A stretch of 64,000 bases of DNA. It comes from Rebecca billardiae RCC1528 (Eukaryota > Protista > Haptophyta). The notes below the pieces were generated by a model. The model was not told where the DNA came from. It saw nothing but the letters and a program-made list of their open reading frames with translations, and did not search any database. The translations under genes and the position numbers were made by a program. The stretch spans positions 682,001 through 746,000 of the forward strand of contig OZ251252.1 in assembly GCA_965240325.2 (NCBI GenBank). The letters run 5' to 3'. Below are positions 1-11,346 of this stretch, in pieces (position 1 is the first letter of the stretch; each line of letters opens with the position of its first letter).

Positions 1-11
1 TGAGCTTTTTG

Positions 12-853
12 CGGCCGGATGTGATCGTTCGAAGGCGCAAACGCGGCTGCGAGTGATCCGGAGACATATCAGCTGGCCGCATGCAAGCGCCCAGCCTGGT
101 AGCTCACCTTCTCGTCGCCTCACCACTGGGGCGTACGCTCGGTGACTCGGCAAGCCGCAGCGCGCGTGTGGCGACTCAGGGCGAGAGAGGGGATGACAGG
201 TAATGTTTGCGCTGAGAGCAGGCCGGGGCATGGTTAGTAAAGACCGGCTACCCACTTCGCGCGCTTCATTGCACTGCACCATCGACCGTGAGCGCGCCTG
301 GAAGAAGGCGTCACAAAGATGCCGTGCGAGAAGACCGCCATCTCGGAGACTTTGGTCTTTGGACGCTTCTTGGTCGACTCCTGAATACCCTTTTCACCGT
401 GGGCTGCAGGCCGTTGTCCACACACCAAGAACGGTCGGCGCGGGGAGCCAAAGTTGGACGAGCGCAGACGCGCTCAAAAACCTACGTGAGAGCAGTGCAG
501 TCACCGCGGAAAAACCGGCCGAGATGGCGGTCTTCTCGCACGGCGTCTTTGTGACGCCTTCTTCCAGGCGCGCTCACGGTCGATGGTGCAGTGCAATGAA
601 GCGCGCGAAGTGCGCAGCCGGTCTTTACTAACCATGCCCCGGCCTGCTCTCAGCGCAAACTTTACCTGTCATCTCCTCTCTCGCCCTGAGTCGCCACACG
701 CGTGCTGCGGCTTGCCGAGTCACCGAGCGTACGCCCCAGTGGTGAGGCGACGAGAACATGAGCTACCAAGCGGAGCGCTTGCATGCGGCCAGCTGACGTG
801 TCTCCGGATCACTCGCAGCCGCGTTTGCGCCTTCGAACGATCACATGCGGCCG
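12..853. repeat. Long inverted repeat (foldback), arms ~12-346 and ~519-853, ~170-bp spacer
   Basis: CGGCCGGATGTGATCGTTCGAAGGCGCAAACG...GACCGCCATCTCGG is the reverse complement of CCGAGATGGCGGTC...CGTTTGCGCCTTCGAACGATCACATGCGGCCG, with scattered mismatches. Confidence 0.92.
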
Positions 854-1118
854 TCGTGCCGCCCCCAAGAGTCGCACCAGCGAACCACGGGCGAAGCACG
901 CCCGCATGACCTTCCGCCCTCAGACCCTCCGCCGGAGGCGGAGGGTGCCGTGTAACGGCTTGGCTGCAGACTCATTCTATGATTTAACGACACAGGTAGG
1001 ACGGCGCAGGTCTCCTGATTCGTCGTCGGCAGTGCCCGATCGTCGACACGAAGTCGGCGCTGGTGGCAGAGCATAGCCTGAACCGCGATCGAATGGCTTG
1101 AGCGCGGGGGGGGGGCAC

Positions 1119-1157
1119 GCCCGGATTTAACCGTGTGCCCGGATTTAACCGTGTGCC
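1119..1157. repeat. 18-bp tandem duplication GCCCGGATTTAACCGTGT x2
   Basis: Direct reading. Confidence 0.85.
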
Positions 1158-3141
1158 AACCTCGGCAACCTCGAATTGTTGACGGAGCTCATCGTCGTGT
1201 CTTGCTGTATTTGTCAGTAGGGATGAAATAAGGGGTTAAGCCACTATAACTGTCAGGCAGCCGCCATCGTGCGGCGACGTGCCCACGGCCGACGTGCGCG
1301 AATTTGTGCGACGGCGGCAGCGACGAGGTCGCGGTCCCCGGCCGCTCCGACGCGCTCTTGACTTCCGCGTGGGACGTGCGGAGGTCAAGAACCCATCCTA
1401 CTCGTCGCCGGTGCCAACCTCGCCGCTAGCGGCGTCGCACAAATTTGATGATTGGTACCTTGGGCATGGCCCGCGGCCCGCATGCCAGGTCCGCGCGGCG
1501 CTCGGTGGGCAAGCGAGCCAAGGGGCGCAGCGAGTCCGGTGCGGCTGTCGTACGGGTTGAGCGCAAGCGCTGAGTCGCAGCCGCGCGCGCGCCGCGCCGC
1601 TGGCGCCGGGTCGCCCGGGGGAGAAGGCGCAGCTGCAGTGCTCCCCTGCCATCACGCGATCCGCCGGCAGAAAGACCAGACTTTGCGCCGGGTTTTTAAC
1701 TCCGCGCGATCTGGGTAACCTGACAGTTATAGTGGCTCGGCCCTTTATGATGCGAGGATTCCCGCCCCGCCAGGAACAACGACGAGTTGTCGCGCACTCG
1801 CGCACCTCTGACAATGATGATGACTGGCGGAAGGCCCATGAATGATTGTCTGATCGCTTGGATTTGATGACGATCATCATGACGAATCACACCTGATATG
1901 ATTCACTTGGCTGCTACTAGCTAAGGATTGCTGATGATGATCATCGTCATGAATAATATCGGATATCCCACTGCTGTCCTGTGCCATAGGACTGGGTCCT
2001 ATGCCACAGGACAGCCACAGGGACGACTCAGTAGACGACATTTTCTCATATTGCCGAATGGTACGACTGCACCTAGGGGTCGGTAGCAGTGTCGCCACCA
2101 TCCGCCAGAGCGAGCTTGTTGTGATTTTCGACCACCACCGCATGTTTTGGGCTCCACGGATGGAGCGCGTGAAGCCGTCGCGGTCGTTGCCGCCTTGCAA
2201 CTCCACGGCGGCAACGCCGACCGCCATGTGGCACTTGTAGATGACACCCAGCTTGATGCTCACACATCGTGGTTCACTGTGTTCGACCAGAGCCATATGA
2301 GGTTCATCCACAATGCGTTTTGGTCCTCGCCAAGCATGGCATTGTACGTCACGCCGGGGCTGCGCGCGCAAGTCGCTGCGGGTCTCTCGCGTTGTCAGGT
2401 GGTTGCGAGCGAGCATCGGCGCGCATGTAGAGCAAGCCTCGGAGGTAGCCGGAACATCTTGCCATGTCGCGTGCGTGGATGGTATCGCACCTGTAGACAC
2501 GCCATGCGTGTGCCGCAGTCGATTTACGCGACGCTCGACCCGCACGCTCTTGGATTCGTGGGCTCGTGGTCCACAAGGACGGCCGCCACCATCGTGGGAG
2601 GTCCGTGGCCGCACGCACGATGGCGGTTGCCCTCTCTTCGCCCCGCCCCAGAATCGGTGTGCCACGGGCAGCAACGCGCCTGGCGGCGTGGGCGGCGGTG
2701 CGGGCGGCGGCGCGGGCATCCGGCGCGAGCACTCGCCTGCGCTGTCCGTGTCCAGGGTCGCCGCTCGGCTGCCAGGGGCGAGCAACTGACGCTGTCATGT
2801 GCTGGTTGTGGGGCCGTCCCTGGCGGCCGGTTGTCCCACAACCGAGCGCGCGCGCGCGCGCGTACGCGCGCGCGCGCCCGATCGCTGTAGCAGTGGCGGC
2901 AGGCGGAGACGGTGTGTGTCGATAGCCGGTTGAGTTGTGTGTACGATATAGCCACACCGATGATCGTACGCGCAGAACTGAGGCGCTGGCGCTCTGGTGA
3001 TCTTGTCCTATGGCTGATGGCATAGGACTGAGTCCTATCTGTTGCAGGGGGATATCCGATATATATCGTCAGCATGACAGACCTGATGATCATCAGCAAT
3101 ATATAACATCTTCGTCATCGGAAACAGCAATGATTATGCGT

Positions 3142-4404
3142 TCACGGCGGCCGAGCGGCCAGTGGCACCCGTAGCGCCACCGCCGCCGCCGACGCCGGTA
3201 AGTGCCACAGCCTGAGACTGCCACTGAGTGGCACGCGCGCGCGACACAACCGTTGCAGCTGCTGCACACCAACGCCATGGAGCACGCCGGTGGCGGAGAG
3301 CATCCGTACGCGCTCGGTGCGCCGAGACTGCGCAGTGCCGTTCCAGCTCGCCATTGGCAGGGCCGGTAGGCCGCGCGCGCGCTGCGCGTGCGCCCGGCAC
3401 CAGCCGCGCCATGCCTTGGCCCAGCGCGTCGAGCGCCGCGAGTACTTGGCGACGAGCTGGCGGCGCTCGGAGGGCAGTGGCTCCGCCTGGATTCGGGACC
3501 ACCGCGCCGCGAGCTCCGGGCGCTCGCGCAGCGCCTGGTTAAACATGTAGTGGTGGATGAAATACGGGTACACCCCACGCCTCTCATACGCGAGGATGGC
3601 GTCCAGGCCGGTGGCATTCGGACCAACCAGCGCGTCCGCCGCCAGCTCCGTCGAGCCGGTCGAGCCCTGTCGCGCGTCGGCGCAGCGGCCGCCGGCGAGG
3701 AAGTCCGCCCGCACCACGCTGCCGTTCGAGCTCTTTGTCCGCGGGTCGAGCACGATGGGCGCCGCGGCGCCAAGCCGCCGCGGCGCGAAGAGGTGGCGTG
3801 CGTACACATCCAGCCAATCAGCGAGCAGCTCGCTCGTCAGCGCCGAGCCGGCCATGAACCAGTTCGTCACCTGCCGGTCGAGCGTGGGGTGCGAGAACAC
3901 GTACGCGCCGTGCTTGCGGATCAGTGCGCGCAGCCACGTGTCGAGCGGGCGGTGGCACAGCGTCGTGACATCCGCCCACACGCCGCCGTACGCGGCGAGC
4001 AGGTACGTGCGGAGGTAGGCTGCTCGATTCGCCGCGACGAGCCGGACGCGCGTGTGCGCCCACAGCGTGTCGTAGTCGGGGAACCAGGCGAGCGCCGAGC
4101 TGGCGTTGAGGTAGTGCAGCTCGTAATCGGGGTTCATCGCGGCCCATGTCGCGACCGCGTATTGCGCGACCTCGGGTGCGCCCGCCTGCCCGGTGTCCCA
4201 GTAGCAGAAGATGCGCCGCGGCAGCGCGTGCTGCGATGCCGCGCGTCCCGCCCGGCCGCGCTCGACGAGGCGGGCGACCTGCGCGAGGTGGCGCGCGACG
4301 ACCGGCGGGTACGATGCCTCGTCACCGCGCAGGCGGTCCGATGCCACGCACACCACGCCGCTGACGACGAGAAGGACCCAACCGCGCGTCGGCATCGCCT
4401 CCAT
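3142..4404 (-). CDS. Capsular polysaccharide synthesis-type glycosyltransferase (Caps_synth/GT32-like), secreted or signal-anchored
   Basis: ORF 3142..4512, likely start MEAMPTRGWVLLVV. Motifs PRRIFCYWDTG, WAAMNPDYELHYLN, YLRTYLLAAYGGVWADVT, NWFMA, YFIHHYMFN. Confidence 0.82.
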   Translation of the reverse strand: MEAMPTRGWVLLVVSGVVCVASDRLRGDEASYPPVVARHLAQVARLVERGRAGRAASQHALPRRIFCYWDTGQAGAPEVAQYAVATWAAMNPDYELHYLNASSALAWFPDYDTLWAHTRVRLVAANRAAYLRTYLLAAYGGVWADVTTLCHRPLDTWLRALIRKHGAYVFSHPTLDRQVTNWFMAGSALTSELLADWLDVYARHLFAPRRLGAAAPIVLDPRTKSSNGSVVRADFLAGGRCADARQGSTGSTELAADALVGPNATGLDAILAYERRGVYPYFIHHYMFNQALRERPELAARWSRIQAEPLPSERRQLVAKYSRRSTRWAKAWRGWCRAHAQRARGLPALPMASWNGTAQSRRTERVRMLSATGVLHGVGVQQLQRLCRARVPLSGSLRLWHLPASAAAVALRVPLAARPP

Positions 4405-4517
4405 GCAATTTGCGGGAGTAAAAACGGGCGCACATCTTCTGCCCAAGTTGTTCTGACTGTCGACTTGACAGTGAGGCTGCTCTGCCAGCTGTGCTGAGTT
4501 CCGACCGTACACCCATA

Positions 4518-4560
4518 CAGTTTACTAAGAATAAGAGACGCACACAGCTCAGGCAGGCGA
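4518..4560 (+). mobile_element. Isolated Tc1/mariner-type TIR copy (CAGTTTACTAAGAATAAGAGACGCACACAGCTCAGGCAGGCG) preceded by TA
   Basis: Reverse complement of 11584-11625; TA|CAGT start typical of Tc1/mariner. Confidence 0.7.
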
Positions 4561-4581
4561 GTACAGTTTACTATAAGAATA

Positions 4582-5083
4582 TGTTGTGGTTTATCATTTT
4601 CTATTTTCCGACCAGTCTATTCCCTTTTCTCCATCATTTCTGACCTGGGTAAATGGCTGCACCTATACTTTTCCGACCAGCCTATTGGCCACTTCGCGTC
4701 GTTTCTCGACAGACGTTCTTCTCAACAGCGATTGGCTAAACCACCCTAAGCAGATTGGAACAATCCAGCTCACTGACCAGGCGACCTTTCCCGACAGATC
4801 AGTACTGCCCTGCTGAGTCGCTCTGAGTCATCTCGAGTCATCTAGCTTCGCGTCTAGACCCTCGCTCCGAGCCGTGAGCTCCTCTTCCTCGCCGTCGGCG
4901 GACCTCGCCTAACCTCTAACCCCGATGTCCGCCGCTGCCTCGGCTCCTGCTCCTGAGCTCTCCTCGACGACTGCCGTCAACGCTGTTCCCCCGGCGCCTC
5001 TCGTCCCCATCGCTCCGCACCAGCCCGCGCCCGCAACCGCGAGCGCGGGGCAGCATGGAGCGGTTGTGATGGGCATCCCAACA
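4582..5083 (+). repeat. 5' LTR (502 bp)
   Basis: Matches 10845-11346; the only difference seen is GGGTAAATGG vs GGGAAAATGG. Confidence 0.95.
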
Positions 5084-6283
5084 CAGCCAATGGCCGGCGG
5101 GAGCTCGTCCGGCGGCGTCCCCTCGCTCAAGGCCCTTTCGTCGAAGGACAAGATCGTCGTCCAGACCCACATCAAGGAGCTGGTCACTAACAACCTGCCC
5201 GGCCACCTCCCCGGCTACAACGACGGCGACTATTTTGCGATGCGCTCCATGTTCGTCGTGATCTCCGTCATCATCGAGGCGGCGACGCGGGTGACGCACG
5301 GCCTGCTGCAGATGATCAACTTCAACGTCGCCATCGGCAACCTCTTCGAGGACGGCAAGGTCGACTCGCACCAGATCGGCAAGCCGCTCACGGACCAGCA
5401 GCTGCTCGCGGGCTCTTATGACGGGTTTTTCGTCGCGGGGATCGTGCTCACCATGCTCCCGACGCTGTACCCCAAGTTCTACAAGCAGCTGCTGACCCTC
5501 GTCGAGAACAACCTCAACCGCCGGTTCGTGACGCCTACCTTCTACGACGTGCTCACCGTCTACAAAGACATCTACGTCAACGCTATGGAGGAGACCAAGG
5601 TGTTGCAGGCGCTCCGGTTCGCGCTGGAGATGCCGATGAAGCTCGACTCGGAGGTCCGCTCGCACGTGTACGAGTGGTTTCACCGCTACAACGAGCTCTA
5701 CAACCTCGACCGCTTCGACCCGATCAACACCTGCTGCGCTCTCCAGATCAAGATGCAGATCGCGCTCGAGGTCAACGAGAGCGTGCTCGGGCGCGAGACG
5801 GCCATCTTTCTCCAGGGCCCGCTGCACCAAGTCTACTCGCTTGTCAAGCCGGACTGGGACAGGGAGAAGTTCAACAAGGAGATCGTGCACAAGGTGGCCG
5901 AGATCATGCACTCGCGCCTTACCTACATCTCCACCTACGTGCCGAACGTGCCGGCCACCAACCTTCTCCTCGCCGCGGCCGCCGTCGGCCCGAGCAAGCC
6001 GCAGCCGACGACTCCTACTGGTGGCGACGCGACGACGACCCAGACTAAGAAGGCTAAGCTGCCGAAGAAGCAGTGCGACCTCTGCGGCGTGGTGGGCCAC
6101 ATCGCCAAGGACTGCCTCGCGCGCTCGAAGGAGTCCACCTACAAGTGCCCGCTCTGCACCGAGGTCGGCCACCTGCCCGGCAAGTGCTCGAAGCGCACCG
6201 CTGAGAACTGGGCCTCGTTCCTCAAGATGCGCCAGCAGTCGAAGGCGTGGAAGGCGAAGAACACGGACAAGAAGCAGCAGTGA
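4925..6283 (+). CDS. gag: Gag with two CCHC zinc knuckles
   Basis: CDLCGVVGHIAKDC and CPLCTEVGHLPGKC; ATG lies inside the 5' LTR; ends TGA followed by CGG. Confidence 0.9.
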   Translation: MSAAASAPAPELSSTTAVNAVPPAPLVPIAPHQPAPATASAGQHGAVVMGIPTQPMAGGSSSGGVPSLKALSSKDKIVVQTHIKELVTNNLPGHLPGYNDGDYFAMRSMFVVISVIIEAATRVTHGLLQMINFNVAIGNLFEDGKVDSHQIGKPLTDQQLLAGSYDGFFVAGIVLTMLPTLYPKFYKQLLTLVENNLNRRFVTPTFYDVLTVYKDIYVNAMEETKVLQALRFALEMPMKLDSEVRSHVYEWFHRYNELYNLDRFDPINTCCALQIKMQIALEVNESVLGRETAIFLQGPLHQVYSLVKPDWDREKFNKEIVHKVAEIMHSRLTYISTYVPNVPATNLLLAAAAVGPSKPQPTTPTGGDATTTQTKKAKLPKKQCDLCGVVGHIAKDCLARSKESTYKCPLCTEVGHLPGKCSKRTAENWASFLKMRQQSKAWKAKNTDKKQQ

Positions 6284-9200
6284 CGGTGTCTGGCGAGAGC
6301 ACAAGGCGATCCCGCTTCGACTCTAACTACTACTTGCAGTCCGGCGCCTACTTCCACGCCGGCTACCTGCCCCGCGCCGCCCTCTAATTGTTCGGCCTCT
6401 ACGACTACATCCCGGCCGACTCTCACGGCGCGCGCGGCGACTACTAATCGACCGACATCCGATTCATCCTCTACTACGGATACTACCTGTTCGGCACCTA
6501 CCCGAGCAACGCCTACTAACTCGCCGGCATTCGACCCGGGCGTGCGTTCTAACCTCATCCGCATCCATGCTCGACATCAGTAACGACGGGATCGTTTCTA
6601 TCGACTCTAACGGCGACATCTACCTGTCCGACGTCGCCACTAATGGCACCGCTAAGTGCGGCGACTGCTTCTCGCTCGACCTCTCGCACGACTTTGACTA
6701 CACGACCGAGGAGCTCTCGTCTGCTCTCGCCGATATCATCCACTCGGACGGCGGCAACTACGCGCCGCGCACTATCATCCGTTATCAACCTGACCGGGCC
6801 GACGACGCAGCGGCGGCTGATCGAGCTCTTCTCGACACCGGTTCCTCTATGTCTATTTTCTCATCCACGTCTATGTTCATCGACCTTACCTACTTCGACC
6901 AACCTGTGCTTGTTCACTCTGCTAAGAAGGGCGTCACCTTCGCGGCCACCGCTTTCGGAGCCGCACAGTTTGACGTTCTCAACTCGACCGACGGCCGCAT
7001 CGTGACCATCTACTGCTCGCACGCTCTCTATTCGCCCGAGTCTGAGATGCATCTCATCAACTTCCCGGACATCCACCACGGCGGGCATCTCTCTTACGCG
7101 TACGACAACTACCGCATCTATTTGGGCGACTACACGCTCTCTTTATCCCGCCCGGCGGGTACTAAGCTCCTCCCCATCGTGATACGGCCTACACGCTACC
7201 CTGACCTGTCCTCGGACGGCCCGACCGAGAAGGACTGCGACCTCATCCAACCCGGCCGGCACTCTCGATTCTATCCTCGACTACCTCACGACCTACGAGC
7301 CGCTCTCGCCTACAACGCGGGCTCGAAGGCGCGTGCCGACCGAGAAGCTCTCGCTCACGCTCGAGCTGGGTATCCCGGACGGCGCACGCGCGCAGCTCTT
7401 CTACGGCGCGCGACTACTTTGGACTACCTCCCGGACCGCGTCCCTCTAACACGCTCTACCGGCGACCTCCTCGGGAAGTCGGTCTGCGCTCACTTTCCCT
7501 CTAAACGGCGCCAGGTCTACGAGCACGGCCTAATCGTGGCGCTGGATACATCTGGTCCTCACCCCGAGTAGGCACCCGATGTGTTCAACGCCGGACGGCT
7601 CGTCCGCTACATGCTGGTGCTCGTCGACAAGGGCTCTCGCTTCAAGTGGGTCTACTTCATGTCCCGCAAGAGCGAAGCTGCCCACATCCTACGTGCTCAC
7701 TTCACTAAACACGGTGCTCCTTCCTCCATCCTGTCGGACAACGCTCTCGAGTTGACGTCTACTTCTATGAACGCGATCAAGCGCGAGTTCAACATCGTCC
7801 AATGGACTACGTGCGTCAACACGTCCGAGCAGAATCCGGCGGAGCGAGCTATCCGAGCTATCCTCGAGAAGTCGTCCACGATCGCTGCTAACACGAACAT
7901 CGACCCTACCTTCGGCTGGACCGCGCTCGCCTGGATCGCCGCTAACATGCTCAACGTCGCGCCGCAGCTTGACCGCGAGGGCGCGCCGTCGGCGTACGAG
8001 CAGCGTTTTGGCCAGCCATGGAGCTTCACTATGGACCGCGTGCCCGGTGCTCGAGCATTCGTACACGTACGGCACGCATCTAAGTTCTCCTTGCACGCTA
8101 TCCCCTGCCTCTACCTCGGGCGCGCCGAGGGCTCGATGCTGAAGACCGGCTTCGTCGTCCTTCTCGTCGAGACCGGCAAGCTCGTGGTCTCGCGCAGCGT
8201 CTACGTGCAGGAGAACACCTTCCCAGTCTTCCACAGCTCCGTCTACAAGTCCCAGCAGGACGACCTCCTCATCCACGTCGATGTCGACGAATCTACTACT
8301 CCGGCATCTCGAGTGGACGGCGCAGCACCGCCGGTCCCTCCGCCGCCAGCTGCCGAGCCATCGCCGCAGGCGCCCGATCCAGCGGACGCATCCAACGCCG
8401 ACGGTGACGACGACGCCCGCAGCATACCAACTCCTACTCGGAGCGGCGCCCGTGACGAAGCCGCCCGACCTCTACTCGCTCGTCCTCTACCTGCTCCACC
8501 TGCCCTCGACGCTATCCCCGAGCACGACGAGCCCCCGGCCGCGCAGACCGCCGATCCGCCGGCGACGCGCGCACTACCAGCTCTACGCTTCATCCCATCT
8601 AAACCGTTGACGGACGGGCTTCCCTCTGCCAACACTCGCTCGGCCAGACGCCGCGCTGCTAACACGGACGACCACCACCCTTCTTCATCTATTGCTGCTG
8701 CCGCTCCCGCTGCTGATGCTGCCACCGCCGCTGCTGCTCCGACTCGCCTGATCACCGCGTCGGACTACTTTGGCGTCACGGCGGCGGCTGCCGCGGCCGA
8801 CGGCGCAGTGGGTACGATGACTCACTCGATTCCTACCCCGAAGAACTACAAGGAGGCCATGTCTTCCCCGTGGTGGTCCCAGTGGAAGGTGTCGATCCGT
8901 GACGAGTTCTCTAACCTCAAGGATCTCGGCGTCTTCGAGGAGACGTCGACGATCGACCCGGATGAGATCATCCTGACCGGCATGTGGGCGTTCAAGGTGA
9001 AGAACGACGGCCGGCTCCGCGCGCGCCTGGCGGCGCGCGGCTTTGCGGCGGGGAGGATGCCGATCTCGGAGGTGTTCTCGCCCACTATCAACACGTCGTC
9101 GCTTCTAATACTACTTGCTCTCGCGTCCATCTACAAGGCGCGTCTCGGCAGCTTCGACGTGGTCTCGGCCTTCATGCACGGCAAGATGGAGGGACGGCGC

Positions 9201-10426
9201 AACCGCTACGTGATGCGCCTTCCTCCCGGCTACGTCCCCTCTAAGCCCGGCGTCCGCTACCTCCGCATCGTTGGCTCTATCAACGGCCTGAAGGAGGCCA
9301 GCCAGGTGTGGGACGAGCACTTACGCGGGATCCTGACCTCGATCGGCTTCCGCCCTACTCGCTGCGACCCGGCCCTCTACGTGCGCGCGTTCCCGGACGG
9401 CTCATTCATCATCGTGCCGGTCCACGTGGACGACGGCCTGGTCATCTACACCACCACGGACGACTGTTTCGACAAGTTCAAGCACGAGCTCTCGGCCAAG
9501 TTGAACGAGCGCATCAAGTGGGGCGCTGCCGACGAGTACCTGTCCATGGACCTCGAGCAGTCGAACGACCGTTCATCTATCACCGTCTCTATGTCCTCGT
9601 ACATCAACTCGGTGCTACCCGACTACGACCCCGACTGCAACCTGCGCGTCCGAGATACTCCTGCTTCAGCGGACATCCTGAACCGCACTAACTCGGACAC
9701 GTCACGTCTTCTCGACGCTAAGGAGAAGTCGCTCTACTTCTCCGCCGTCGGCACCCTCAACTACATCCGCAAGGTCCGCTGTGACATCGAATTCCCGGTC
9801 ACTCTATTGGCGTCCAAGCTCCAGGCGCCGACTAAGTACAACTGGTCATGCGTACTACACGTATTTGGATACCTCAAGGGCACGATCTCGCTCGGCCGCT
9901 GCTTCAACGGCGACCCCGTGCTCCGTGGTATGTCCGACGCCGACTTCGGCAACACGCCCGACGGTCGCAGCTACTCCGGCATCCTTGTCATGCTTGGCGG
10001 GTCGGCCATCGTCGCGCGCACGCGCAAGCAGACGACGGTCACTACGTCCACCGCCGACTCGGAGTTGCTCTCTCTCTAAGCTCGCTGGTGCGATCGATTG
10101 ACGAGACGCTGCACACGCTGATGGATCTCTCGATCCCCATCTCGCTGCCGATCGACCTCTACTGCGACAACTCCGCGACCGTGCTGGCGGCGACTACGCT
10201 ATCATCCCGTAAGAGCCGCCACCTCTCTAACCAGGCGTCCTACGTCCGCGAGCATGTGCTGCAGAAGGCAACGATGAGGGTCACCCTCATCGGCACCAAG
10301 ACGAACCCCGCGGACTTCTTCACCAAGGCGCTGCCGCGTGATCTATTCCTTCGCTTCCGATCTGTCATCATGGAGGGCGCGCGCTTTGAGCCGCGACTAC
10401 TTGGCCCGCTCATGACCCGCAAGTAA
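6284..10426 (+). pseudogene. pol: Copia pol (protease, integrase, RT, RNase H), interrupted by a frameshift near 6565, in-frame TAG at 7569 and a frameshift near 10075
   Basis: LLDTGSS protease; HARAGYPG pre-integrase; LDTSGP / SDNALE / NPAERAIR DDE triad; PKNYKEAM, RARLAARGF, FDVVSAF, VHVDD RT; SDADFG, YCDNSA, NPADFFTKAL RNase H. Confidence 0.9.
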
Positions 10427-10835
10427 GGACTACTACTGTACTACCTCACGCGCTTTGGCAGCTGCCTCTATGCACCGCATCTGGAGGGCGAGAACTGCTG
10501 CCTATTGGGACGGTGGATGCACTCGTTCTGGAACGGGCAAGGACTTCGCTGTTCGGGGAGCCTCAAAGCATGATGGGCAAGTGTTTCGTTCGAGAGGCGT
10601 TCACGAGCATTGGCTGTCATCCCGTATACTCGCTCACGCGCTAGTCTTTGACGTCAACCAGAAGTTTTGGCATACTACGTGCCGATCTCCCTCGCGGTGA
10701 ACACTACACCTCTACCTCACCCGCTCTATTCGACCCTCTACCTCCGCAGCTACATATGGGACATGTGAATCCGCGTCTATTGGGTACCCCGCTATGGCTA
10801 TCATTGTGAGCTCTATTTCACACCCGGCTTCACAT

Positions 10836-10844
10836 GGGGGGGAG
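10836..10844 (+). promoter_or_regulatory. Polypurine tract
   Basis: GGGGGGGAG immediately 5' of the 3' LTR TG. Confidence 0.85.
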
Positions 10845-11346
10845 TGTTGTGGTTTATCATTTTCTATTTTCCGACCAGTCTATTCCCTTTTCTCCATCAT
10901 TTCTGACCTGGGAAAATGGCTGCACCTATACTTTTCCGACCAGCCTATTGGCCACTTCGCGTCGTTTCTCGACAGACGTTCTTCTCAACAGCGATTGGCT
11001 AAACCACCCTAAGCAGATTGGAACAATCCAGCTCACTGACCAGGCGACCTTTCCCGACAGATCAGTACTGCCCTGCTGAGTCGCTCTGAGTCATCTCGAG
11101 TCATCTAGCTTCGCGTCTAGACCCTCGCTCCGAGCCGTGAGCTCCTCTTCCTCGCCGTCGGCGGACCTCGCCTAACCTCTAACCCCGATGTCCGCCGCTG
11201 CCTCGGCTCCTGCTCCTGAGCTCTCCTCGACGACTGCCGTCAACGCTGTTCCCCCGGCGCCTCTCGTCCCCATCGCTCCGCACCAGCCCGCGCCCGCAAC
11301 CGCGAGCGCGGGGCAGCATGGAGCGGTTGTGATGGGCATCCCAACA
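10845..11346 (+). repeat. 3' LTR (502 bp)
   Basis: Direct repeat of 4582-5083. Confidence 0.95.

Larger units (their letters stand above)
4582..11346 (+). mobile_element. Ty1/copia LTR retrotransposon, full length
   Basis: TGTTG...CAACA LTRs at 4582-5083 and 10845-11346; 5-bp TSD GAATA (4577-4581, 11347-11351); PPT GGGGGGGAG; domain order gag-PR-IN-RT-RNaseH. Confidence 0.97.

Noticed and set aside
4518-4560. Recurrent 43-mer as a spliced-leader relic
   Set aside because: It occurs as an inverted pair with TA flanks and a CAGT start, which fits a Tc1/mariner TIR better
4916-6304. 462-aa antisense ORF opposite gag, and the many long Arg/Ala/Pro-rich ORFs overlapping real genes
   Set aside because: Shadow ORFs expected from stop-codon scarcity at very high GC3; no motifs
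7569-7571. TAG as a reassigned codon or pyrrolysine
   Set aside because: TAG terminates ordinary genes in this window (e.g. 16211, 29407, 52498); a nonsense mutation or error is simpler
10427-10835. env-like ORF between pol and the 3' LTR
   Set aside because: Only an 81-aa ORF with a non-ATG start and no TM or env features
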